Below, piece by piece: positions 37,479 to 49,057 of a stretch of 64,000 nucleotides of DNA; positions within the stretch are counted from its first letter, which is position 1; each line of letters starts with the position of its first letter. Source of the DNA: Macrostomum lignano (taxonomy: Eukaryota). The translations under genes and the position numbers were made by a program. The stretch spans positions 159,972 to 223,971 of the forward strand of contig NIVC01000438.1 in assembly GCA_002269645.1 (NCBI GenBank), in the 5' to 3' direction. Below the pieces are notes generated by a model. The model made no database searches, was not told the origin of the DNA, and saw only the letters and a program-made list of their open reading frames with translations.

Positions 37479-40400
37479 CACTGCGAAGCCTCAATTAGAC
37501 GACTTTCGCTAATTTGAGCCGTTAAACGAGTTGGTTCTGAAGTCGTAACCCGCCTGCGATGAGAACTCGAGCGCAGGGTGCACCTGCTATTGCGCGACTT
37601 TGGTAAGCTAATACGACGTTGTGTAACAGGGTCGGGCACTGCGATAGCAGTCTCGTCGCCAAAGTATTGAACAATCACCAGGGGATTGTCTCTATCGTTG
37701 CGCGACAATTCTACATAGGTCACGCGGCTAAATTTGAACTTTGCATTAGTTGTTTTGTCGAAAGCGGCGTGTCGAATAATTTTAAAGACGGCGTTCTCTT
37801 TCGACGCGTCCAGATTGTGAAATTTTGGGTAATAATGCGTTCCGTTGGAACGCCAGCATCTTTCGTAGCCGTCATATCGCCAGGCTAAAATTCATTTGAG
37901 AAAATTAACATGCTTGTTTAAATCTTTTTCACAAAGATTCTCTCCCAACATGGGTCTCAATCACTCAGTGAGATTCTCTCTCAGCACGGGTCTTAATCAC
38001 TCAGTGAGATTCTCTCTCTCAGCAGGGGTCCTAATCACTCAGTGAGATTCTCTCTCTCAGCAGGGGTCTCAATCACTCAGTGAGATTCTCTCTCAGCACG
38101 GGTCTTAATCACTCAGTGAGATTCTCTCTCTCAGCAGGGGTCTTAATCACTCAGTGAGATTCTCTCTCTCAGCAGGGGTCTTAATCACTCAGTGAGATTC
38201 TCTCTCAGCAGGGGTCTTAATCACTCAGTGAGATTCTCTCTCTCAGCAGGGGTCTTAATCACTCAGTGAGATTCTCTCTCTCAGCAGGGGTCTTAATCAC
38301 TCAGTGAGATTCTCTCTCTCAGCAGGGGTCTTAATCACTCAGTGAGATTCTCTCTCCCAGCAGGGGTCTTAATCACTCAGTGAGATTCTCTCTCTCAGCA
38401 GGGGTCTTAATCACTCAGTGAGATTCTCTCTTAGCACGGGTCTCAATCACTCAGTGAGATTCTCTCTCTCAGCAGGGGTCTCAATCACTCAGTAAGATTC
38501 TCTCTTAGCACGGGTCTCAATCACTCAGTGAGATTCTCTCTCTCAGCAGGGGTCTCAATCACTCAGTGAGAATCTCTCTCTCAGCAGGGGTCTTAATCAC
38601 TCAGTGAGAATCTCTCTCTCAGCAGGGGTCTTAATCACTCAGTGAGATTCTCTCTCTCAGCAGGGGTCTTAATCACTCAGTGAGATTCTCTCTCTCAGCA
38701 GGGGTCTCAATCACTCAGTGAGAATCTCTCTCTCAGCAGGGATCTCAAGCACTCAGTAAGATTCTCTCTTAGCACGGGTCTCAATCACTCAGTGAGATTC
38801 TCTCTCTCAGCAGGGGTCTCAATCACTCAGTGAGAATCTCTCTCTCAGCAGGGGTCTTAATCACTCAGTGAGAATCTCTCTCTCAGCAGGGGTCTTAATC
38901 ACTCAGTGAGATTCTCTCTCTCAGCAGGGGTCTTAATCACTCAGTGAGATTCTCTCTCTCAGCAGGGGTCTCAATCACTCAGTGAGAATCTCTCTCTCAG
39001 CAGGGGTCTTAATCACTCAGTGAGAATCTCTCTCTCAGCAGGGGTCTTAATCACTCAGTGAGAATCTCTCTCTCAGCAGGGGTCTTAATCACTCAGTGAG
39101 ATTCTCTCTCTCAGCAGGGGTCTTAATCACTCAGTGAGATTCTCTCGCTCAGCACGGGTCTCAATCACTTAGTGAGATTCTCCCTCTCAGCAGGGGTCTT
39201 AATCACTCAGTGAGATTCTCTCTTAGTGCACCTCATCTCCCTCCCCCCAGGTTATCTCAAGGCTATACCCAATACCAGCTCACATTGACAGCTACAACTG
39301 TACCATTACCAGTGCTTACCCCACCATATAGGCAGACAAAAATAGTATCTTGATTTATATATAGCAGCTTAAAAAATAGTTCACCTTTTCCAATAATTTT
39401 TGCTCGATATATGTAAACCTCGCCGCCTTTTGGTCTCTGAGGCGTCTTGGTCGAAATCTTGGTTCGATCAACTGTTCTAAGTATTTTTGCAGCCTCACTT
39501 GGGGTCAATGAGTGCTTGAGCTTATCGTAGACAATTGTTCTAAAATGTTAAGTGTTTATATTTTCATGTATAAAACAGCAATCCTATTTTTGTTATAAGT
39601 CATAGGATATAAAATATACATAAATATATTTCAATTATTTAATTCTTACTTGATTCATATTTGTTAAAAAATTATGTAAAATCATTAAAAAACAAAAATA
39701 CAATAGTTTTAAAATTATTTTGCTCGATAAGCTTTATTTGCTTTGTTTTACAAGATGGTCTATGTTGACCAAAACATGTTTTAAGTTATAAAACCTTCAA
39801 TCTTGATTAGAACTTTTTGTTTTAATCACTTTCATTAAAACTCTTGATGCCAGCAGACTATGCCTGAGTGGTTTGTTCAAGAGCTAAATGATAACCACAT
39901 GACAGAGTGGCTATTTAATGTGCAATTGCCATTTACTATACCGAATCAGGCCCTATACTATGCCCAACAAGTGCACAAGACCTGGCAGATCATGAATTCT
40001 CAGTTGCAGCACTGTAGCACTAATTTATCAGCTGCAGTGGCACTAGTTCAGTCAACACTGACAGGAACACAGTTGCAGCATAGGACACAACTAATATAGC
40101 ATTATCAACAATAGGCCCATTGAGTGTAGGCGGCCCTAGTGTCATCATGAAGACCAGCTGACATAGCCACATCAACAGAAATAGCCCAGTGCAGCAGTGC
40201 CTATCTGCTATGGATGGCTACCATCAGACTGGCCACCTCCACCAGAGGTGCCCAAATGCCAGTGGGGGGGCTGGTCCAATTGGTCAGTACTAGCACTAAG
40301 CAGTTTAGCCCAGCCTCCACATCCACACCCTAGCTGCTAGCCTGACCAAGTGCACTTTATCACCTTGTACATGCTTAGAAGATGCTAGCTGTGCATGATT

Positions 40401-43400
40401 GACACCAGTGCCAAGATCTCCTACATTATTAACAACATTGTGCACTTGGCCACAGCTGAGGCCTAGCTCAACAACTATTTATGGCATGATTGGCAATCGA
40501 GCAACTATGCTAGGCATGTACCAGTTATCCTGAGATATGACTTCCTCAACAAATCTGACATTTTAATTTACCCAAGATCAGGCATCCTTGAGTTTAATGG
40601 CCTTGGTGTCACCTTGACAATGTGTACATCCAAGCAGGCGGCCCAGATGTGCAAGCTGGCAGTAGCGGCCATAGTTCAACTGCAGCCAGGCAATGGCTGA
40701 ATCATCCCAGTGCAGCCAGCGAGTGCAGTAGTGTGGACAAACTTGGAGTCACCAGGCGGCAGGCTGCAGCAGCAAGACAGACAAAGTATTGATTGGCCGC
40801 AGCATACCCAAGCTAGCTGATCACAGAATGCAGGTTGCAGTCATTAATGCCCAGCAATGAGGCAGTCAATATAAAGGAAGGCGATATTGTTGGTAACTTC
40901 AGAACTTGCTGTCTGGCTAAGCCAGGCACCTGCAAGCTAGATCTGGCAATAGCAGCTAGACAGATCTGAATATTGCAACATCTTGATAAGATGAAGTGCA
41001 AATTACTGATGACATCCCAACTAAGGAATGGCAGCAAGTTGAACACCTGACTAGAGTTCAGCGGCGTCTTTGCAGGCCCTAGAAACCTAGGCTGCACTTA
41101 GTTGTTAAAGCATGAGATTGACACAGTCAACACCAGGCCAATTTACCAAGGACTGTGGCATCCAGCCCCTAAAGCAATTGCTCAGTAGAAGGACCTAGTC
41201 AATGAGATGCTGGCAAAGGGAATCATTGTCACCTTGGTCTCTATTGGATTGTTCTGATTGGCAAGAAGGAAAGGTTGGCCAGATTGTGCATGGACTACCC
41301 TCTGATAAACAGTGACCAAACCCAATGCCTTCCCAATGCCCCGATTTGATGACTATTGCCACTTTTAAGTCAAGATGGACAATGGGAATAAGGAGAAGAC
41401 AGTGTTTGTGTGCTATGAAGGCTTGTTTGAGTTCAAAATGATGCCGTTTAGATTATGGATTATGGAATGCATTAGCCACCTTTCAGTGGCTCATGCAACT
41501 GGTGCACCGGGGAGTCTGACATGGCAGGCCTATCTTATGTTCATTGACAATATCATGATGATGGACTAAACCATCAGCTAGCACAATGATTGGTTGGAAT
41601 CAGTTCTAGTGCAACTGCACAAGTTCAATCTGCACCTCAAGCCATCAAAGTGCCACTTTGCTAATACCACCAGCATGATATTCCTAGGACACTGCATCAG
41701 CAAGACTGGCATCACTGTAGCTGAGGGCAAGACCATGGCTATGCAGCACTGGCTGGTACCCTGGAGCTCAAATGACAGCAAGAGCCTCCTCTAAAATTGA
41801 ATATATAATGTATATATGCAATATTTTTGCTATAGACCATATATAACATAGACTGCAAATTTGCAGGGCCTGTCTAGGCACATTGTGGGACAAAAAACAA
41901 TACAAAAATGGTCCTTCCCCCTTGCCATTCTTGCCCCATTCCAATTGGCAACTATTTCTATGCTTTTGGCAGCTTAAACAAGTCCTTGATAGCAAGTAGA
42001 GTATCATTTCACTCTTTTTAGAAGGATGATCAGTTAAAGCAAAAATGGATTGCAGCTCTGTTGAGAAGGCCTTTCTTGCCTTTCCAAGCCACCTGCAACT
42101 TGTGCAAAAGAGGAGGACAATGACTGCTGCATCTGCATCTGTACCTACCAAAATGGATTTCAGCAGCTTTCTTAGTGAACTTGATTACAAACTGCCACAG
42201 CCTGCATCCTGCAACCCACTTGATGAGATTGCTGCCACCATAGATGGACCTGACTACGAACCAGTTCTAGATCAACTGGATCTGGTTGTGGTTTCAACTG
42301 TGTAAGCAAGGATGCATATCAAATAAAAGTAAGAAAGATTAAGAATTTTAAATGCCAATACAAGTGGCTTTTAGCTACGTATTTGATCATGAAAAAAGTT
42401 CAAAGGCCTTGGAGATCATGAGAAAGTCTATGACTCAGAAGTACAACAAATTCAGGGCACTGAACAAGAAGCACCAGTGACTGAGGGTATGGTCAAAGTT
42501 GCTGACTAAAATGATGAAAGTATTGAAAGCAAAGAATATTGCAGACAAAGCTGCAGCACCCTATATGCAGGCTCTGTCATCAAATTCATTGTTGAGTCAG
42601 ACAAAATTGAGTCCAAACATCAGTGTTAACCTTTCTTGACATTCTGTATATGCTAAAACTAATCCAAAATCAATGGCAGTCCTTGGGTAGAATAGTCTAT
42701 TTGGTTTTTGGCAAATGGGTGCATTAGCCATTAAGTGCAACTTATATTATGCTAATATTTTTTCTTTACATAATGTTAATTTCTTTGAATGTGTCAAATT
42801 GTTTTTTTTTGTAAAGGAATAATAGGTTTTTGAGCATAAAATCTGCATATACACCCTAAATTTTAAAATCTCACCCTGAAATTGAAAAAAGTAGGTGAAG
42901 TTAAAATGCAATTTCACCACCTATTTTTCTTTTAAGCATCATTTGCACTGCTTTGAAATAATGAATTTATGCTTTGAGTCTTAAATTGCACCTTGAAATT
43001 GTGAACAAGGTGAAATTTTGTACCTTGTCTCTGTATATGAATACTATTATATAGGAATTAGATATGGGAAATATTTGTTCCCATAACTCTAGTGGAACAC
43101 AATGAATTAAGACCAACTAAAACAAAATCAAACTTACTTCACAAATTACATAGATTGTAGGAGCATTTTAATATTATTAGTTATAGAAAGACATGGTATC
43201 AATCAATTAAGTTAGTGATATGTTGGTCATTATAGGCGATTGAATATGTTTAATAGTCCTTTGTCTCACTTTCAAACACAGTAATAAGACCACTTAATTA
43301 ATTGGGCTATAATGTGCTATAAAAGTGTCTTTGCTGATTCTGAAAGTCCAAAACATTTAATTAAATACTATTCCAAGCAAAAAGTTTTCTCAAACACTTC

Positions 43401-45361
43401 TAGAATATGGAAAGATAGAGCTCTTTTGCCTGAATAGTATAGGAAAATCAAGGTCCTGTTTGTCCAAGGAGTTTTCCAGCATGCCACAGCCACATAGGTA
43501 GGAAAGTAAAAAAATGTGTATTCAGCAAGCCTTTAAGCCTCTCAATAGCACTAGCAGCAGAGGTTATGCCTCAAGACTTGGTAGGGCACCAAAAACTAAC
43601 CACCAACTAGGTTGCCACATTGTGCAAATGCCTAAGTCCAACTATTGGCTCATTGCTATAGACATCAGCTATGAACTTTTGGTGTCTAGTGGTGTCTAGC
43701 TGCATCCCATGATTGTTTGCCACTATCTGGTTGCTGCCAAACTGCATGGCCACATTACTAGGAAGAAGCCATTTATCTCTAACAAAAATTGGAAATAGCA
43801 CTTGAACAGGGCAAAGCAGCATATAAGTTGGACACCACACGACTTGGCCAAGACCATCTAGAGCAGGGGTCGGCAAACTCCAACCCGCAGGCCAAATCCA
43901 GCCTGCAAGGCTTCCTTATCTGGCCTGTTTCCCTTTGCTATTACTTAATGTTAATGTGGCCTGCAAACAGATTTCACAAAATCCACTCCATACTCACCAC
44001 CCAAGCAAGGCCTAACCAAGGGCAGAGGAATGAAGGGAGGGAAAAGGGGCTATGAGAGAGAGAAGGCCCTACTGTACTCTTCCACAGAAGGATAGAGGAG
44101 AGGAAGGGTTTGTGTGCACAGTCATGTTGAAGCTGAATGTACATTCAGCCTCAAACCAGCGTCCCCCCACCCAGTTTGCAATCAGAAAGGAGAGAGAAAT
44201 GGTAAAAAAGCCGGTAGGCTAAGAGATCACTCACCGGACTGTAGTAAATACAAAACTTTTTAAATAATCAGACAGCTCGTACTGGTATCTATTACTGCAT
44301 TGTTAACATAACAATTTTATAGTGTTCTAAAGTTTATTTTAAGTGCTTGCTTTAATAATTGACTCTAAGCCTAATAGAAAATGGCTTCAGCACCGCAACA
44401 AAAAAAGCGCAAGGTTGACATGGAGCACCGTTCATTCAATTCTGCTTGGACTGAGAACTATTTTTTTATTGAGAGACATGGAATGGCACAGTGTCTTATC
44501 TGCATGGCAACTGTCGCAGTTTTCAAGGAGGCTAACATCTGCTGTCATTGGGAGTCTGTGCACAAGGCATCTAAGTATATGACAATGAACACTGCAACTT
44601 GCTAGAGTGCTATCCATACATGTGCAACCTCCAAAATTCGGTCGGCCGTGCAACTTAGTTTTAAGAAAAATGCGGCTAGTTTTTGGCCGAAAATGCCAAT
44701 TTGTTTGTTTAAATAATAAACTTATGTTGAATACAATTTATTACAAACGAACTCTACAAAATACACATTGTCAAGAGTAACAAAAATGATAAACAAATAA
44801 ACTTTAAAAAATAATATTAAATATGTTATAGAATTATAGAGTATAACATTATAAGATAGTTAAAGTTAATAAAATACATTATTATAGCTTTTCTATAATT
44901 TTCTTTAGAGTCATTTTAGGTTGTAATTAAACTTATAGTTTTAACAAATCATTTTATTAAAATAAAGCTATGCGTAAATAATTTGTGCTTTTATAGACTT
45001 TTTTACCTTTTAAAAACTTACATAGGGGCCTAAATTTATTTTATAGCTTTATTGCTTTCAAATTGCAAAAAAAACAAAATTTTAATAAAACTTGCCCTTG
45101 ATTTTTGGATTTTACCAAATAAATTATAATTTAGTAGACCTTATTAAAGCAATTGAATTTAAATTAAAAAAACGAAAATTAATGAATTATATAATTATTT
45201 ATTTATGATAAAAAACATGTCATAATAATAAAAACATGTGAGGATATTATATTAGGAGACAAGGTAGTCAGGACACTCAACTTCTTAAGTCAAAACAAAC
45301 ATATTTACCTTGGAGCAGGAGTGTATCGAATAGTAATAGTCTTCTGGGGAGCATCTGCCAT
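37479..45361 (-). CDS. CG-1-like DNA-binding-domain protein; exons 45361-45309, 39539-39385, 37884-37479; 3' end unresolved (>=204 aa)
   Basis: ATG GCA GAT..CCA AG|GTAAAT (phase 2) joins TTTTAG|A at 39539; AAAG|GTGAAC (phase 1) joins TTTTAG|CC at 37884. Product ..TKTPQRPKGGEVYIY..KAWRYDGYERCWRSNG...LVIVQYFGDETAIAVP resembles the P.kPk.Gev.lf / WR.DGY.W / vhY.GDe pattern of CG-1-like domains (recall). Confidence 0.65.
37940..39225. repeat. 36-38-bp minisatellite TTAATCACTCAGTGAGATTCTCTCTCTCAGCAGGGGTC in intron 2 of the CG-1-like gene
   Basis: Read directly; ~34 units, each with the palindrome TCACT-C-AGTGA. Confidence 0.96.
39850..41792 (+). mobile_element. Degenerate Ty3/gypsy LTR retrotransposon fragment (gag remnant, protease, RT; truncated before RNase H/integrase)
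   Basis: IDTSA (protease DTG site) at ~40400; HEIDT..RPIYQ; EMLAKGII; CMDY; NAFPMPRFDD; KEKTVF..GLFEFKMMPF; FIDNI (YxDD); LHLKPSKCHF..IFLGHCIS. Many stops and frameshifts; no LTR seen. Confidence 0.9.
42045..42639 (+). pseudogene. Nested two-exon decayed gene (42045-42301, 42375-42639), antisense inside CG-1-like intron 1; probably a transposon accessory gene
   Basis: GT|GTAAGC donor and TTTTAG|C acceptor are phase-2 matched; ~173 codons with a single internal TGA (42478), plausibly from CGA. Confidence 0.45.
43500..43863 (+). mobile_element. Tc1/mariner transposase N-terminal relic, cut just before the first catalytic Asp by a hAT insertion
   Basis: LGRAPKT..IVQM..AIDI..SSGV*LHP..VCHYLVAAKLHGHITRKKPFISNKNWK*HLNRAKQHISWT matches the Tc1 pattern SGRPRKT..VRRRL...GLHGR.ARKKP.LS..N...RL..AK.H..WT (recall). 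Confidence 0.8.
43864..44614 (+). mobile_element. hAT (Charlie/SPIN, GTF2IRD2-like) transposon 5' part with truncated transposase ORF 44381-44605
   Basis: Starts CAGGGGTCGGCAAACT right after ATCTAGAG (NTCTAGAN target). ORF KKRKVD.E.R.F...WT..YFF.E....CLIC...VAV.KE.N...H...H is the Charlie-type N-terminal zinc-finger region. Confidence 0.85.
44615..44700. mobile_element. Decayed terminal fragment of the same hAT MITE family as 34450-34746
   Basis: CATACATGTGCAACCTCCAAAATTCGGTCGGCCGTGCAACTTAGTTTTAA.AAAAATGCG aligns to the reverse complement of ~34670-34746. Confidence 0.8.
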
Positions 45362-46705
45362 TAATTAAAGCGTTTAAAATAATTCTATTAGACGAATCAG
45401 ACGAAAATAGTTAAACCGACCAATAGTGCAGTTGTAACTGAAATAGGCTATAACTTATAAGAATAAGAATTGCCTATTAAAAATAAGACTAAGAATACAG
45501 ATGCACAAATAATTAAAACCAATGAATCATGCAGAATAACCGTATAACTTCTACTACCAGCTTACCCACCAAATTAGATTCGAATTAGCATTGAATTAAC
45601 CATAATGAGAATGATTTAAGCTTTCCTTCAAGTTGAAAAAAACTAATTCAGACATGTTCATAGAAATTTAAAAAATTAAATTTTTATAGGTAACAGTTTA
45701 AAACAAATCTACTTAAACTACAATATTGTCCGTCAAATAAAAGGAACTTTTTTTCAGAAACCTTAATGTAACTTATGTTTTTAGTTCAAAAATACTAAGT
45801 AATCGCGTTCAAGCAAGCATTTATTAAGTAGAATTTAACTTTGATGATAAGCGCAATTCGCAGAATGACGCGCGCGTTTAATTACGGCACGAGCTAACTA
45901 CAGATTTTTCATATTACTGATTCCAGAACCAGTCAGTATCGATACGGATCTTCCAAAAAATAAGCAGTATAGCTATTTAACTTTGTTGAATGTTTGACTG
46001 CTTTAACTTTGCACAACTTTTCACTGTCTTCTTCGCTATTACCTATTATTGCCATTCGATAATTTCCACTTTATAAATTAAATTATAGCACTTATATTCC
46101 TCTAGTCTTAAACTTGGAGACAAAAAGTAATACTTTACAAATGGTATCTGGTTCTATTTATATAGAACCAGAACAAGCAATATGAAAAGGCCTAGCTGGT
46201 TAGTTCCAGTTTGTAGACCATCATATCATTCATAATTTCATATGTATGTATGTATCCAAACAATTATTAGCCTAGGCTAAATATAGGCCTATGCCGCCTA
46301 TTGACTAATATTGGCCCAACAGGCCTTTTTGCCTGATGCAAACTTACTACTACTACTACTTCCTTTTTATAGCTTTATGGCCATAAAGTTTAGGACTGGA
46401 AATTAGGCAGTCTCATAGTTATAACTTATAAGTTATAAGCCTATAAAATACTCATAATTTTCATAAACTCTGTCAGCCAAATACTATTATATTAGCTCAG
46501 CCTTGGCTCACTTGTATCATATAGTTGATAGTTAGTAATAAACTTTGGCATTCATAGGCCTATGAATTCTGGTTTGGTTTAGGTGGCCAAAATTCCATTC
46601 AATTAAAATGATCCTGTAGGCTACAATGTAGCACATTTTCTAGAAAATGGCATTTGGCTTGGTGCAGTATAGTGCAATATAGTGCAGTATAGTGCAGTTA
46701 CTTTG

Positions 46706-46863
46706 GTAATTGCCACTTTGATAATAAAAAATGACCACTTTGGTTACAACCACTTCGGTTATAGCTAGTTTGATAACAAATTAGATTTACAATTGTCAAC
46801 TTATAGAATATAGGCCTATCTTATTACCAAAATGGTAATTTTTGTTATCAAGGTGGCAGTTAC
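46706..46863. mobile_element. ~158-bp inverted-repeat element (MITE-like relic) with ~39-bp imperfect TIRs
   Basis: GTAATTGCCACTTTGATAATAAAAAATGACCACTTTGGT pairs with ACCAAAATGGTAATTTTTGTTATCAAGGTGGCAGTTAC. Confidence 0.6.
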
Positions 46864-49057
46864 TGAAATGGACATTTACCAGCTTTAGCACTGTTTTAGT
46901 AAGAAGCAAAAGTGTTTTTGGTTCAGTATTGCTTTATTTAAATTTGTTTATTTACAATTAGGCCTATAGAATTGCAATCTTTTAAATTTATGTTTTCTAT
47001 CCCAGGTGTCTTATGAGTATGAATATCTTAGCTTTTTTGTGGTTAACATTGCATGAGGATGAAATTGCATGAAAACCATAAACTCTACATTTATGGTTTT
47101 CGTGTCTAGATTCTAAATGATATACACAAAAAATAATATTAATAGTTTAATGTATTTTCTCAAATATGTTTTTCAAATATGTAATGAAACATAAATTAGT
47201 ATTCTGCTATAGCTATGGCTATAGGAGCTCATGGCAACTATAGATACATCTATGATAGATGGCTACTTCTGCTTCTTCTAACTAAACCATAATATGGATT
47301 GGACATATTATTGAAAATATATTGTTTAAATCCTAAATTGCAGGGACTTAAGAGTTCTTTTCACTTTAAAACTATTTTGTTCATTCATTTTACCATTATC
47401 AGATTAATAGCTCTAATTCCAATGGTCTTTCTAATCTTTATAGTTGAGTAATAGGCTTAGATTACTAGATATGATAGCGTATACAATAGCATAGGAACAA
47501 GATATAAGAAATATATGTTTTTATAACCATACTGTATTGAAATGCTGTATCTTAAAACCTCCATATCTATAAATTTCCACAGACAGACTCATAGCTACAG
47601 AGTATAGTAAAACTCTTGTAGGTATATAAGCAAATACAATGAATATATATAAGGCTATTGCTTAATAAAGACTTGAAAATTTGAAATACCATTGAAATTG
47701 GAACTATTGATATAATAGGGATAAAGATAAAAGCAGTGTTAAGGTTAAAGTAACTCTTAAGTCCTTAGAATTTAATACTCAACTTGAGCAACAAAGATTT
47801 TCAATACCAGGTCCACATTGTAGTTATAATAGTAGAGGTTAAATTTAAGATGAATGTTTTCACTTTCAATGCAAAGGGAGTTCTTAAGTTCTTAGAATTA
47901 GGGACTCAAGCAATAAAGTCAGAAATGTTTGATATTATATGCATATTGGGATTGGAGAGGGGCTAAAATTAAGATAAATGTTTTCACTTTCAATATTCTA
48001 GGAGCTCTTAAGTCTCTGGGCCTAGGGTTAGGGACTTTAACATGTTTGACATCATATGAAAATTTGTAATTAGGATAGTAGGGCCTTAATTAAGATTAAC
48101 AAAGCCAATAAAGAAGCCACCTAGCAATAGCCACTATAAAAGAAGGCTAGTTAGCAAAGGAAGTTTCTTGGAAACCAACCAATAAGCAGGCAATTGCTCT
48201 TCTCATGGAGGATCTTAGTAATTGAAGTGGAGATTGTTTCTTGAGTTACTTAATTTAAACAAGTTATAAAGGAATATTTGTAAGGAGAGAGAGGGAAAAA
48301 GAGAGAAAAAGAAAATGAGACAGAAAGAAGAGAAAAGGGGGCAGAGAAAAGAGAAGAAAGAGAACACTCTAAAGGCAATCAAGTTGATATGCATTTAGTG
48401 CTACAAATGCACTCTGCAAAACATTACATTGTTGTATTCCTATATCTAAAATATCCAATAGTGAAAGGTCCCAATGACTGATGCTGATGGCACATTTCAA
48501 CCACAGCAAGAAAGTTATAGGAAGTTATGGAAAGTTTACTAGCTATGAATATGGATATAGATACAAGTAGGCTATGGGAAAAAGGATATGGCTATAGCAA
48601 AATCCATATGAACTCAATCCCATAAATTAGTTGCTTAAGACCACAATGTCCAAAAACTTCTGTTCTCTGACTTAGCAGAGTAGCAAACTTTATACAAGCC
48701 AGTTGCTTTCTTGAGATCATTGTTTGTAGCAGGCCAGCAGAGTTCTATTCTAACTAGACTTTGACCTAGCAATTCCAAAATATGTTTAATAATGTCCTTG
48801 ATTACACTTATGCAGAAATTTTGGAACAAAAATTCTATCTCCTGAGAACAAGATCATCTTGAATAGTTAGTTTATTCCAGATAGACTTGAAAGATGTCAG
48901 TGCCTAATACTAAAGTCTCCTGTTGTCACAGCTTTCTTTAGCATCCACATATCTTGACAATCTAGCTAGGTTTTTTATTATATTTGCAAATGTATGACTT
49001 ATAACTTTGTGAAAAAAAAACAAAATAAATTCATTATTTTTTCTTGCAAAAAATCAG

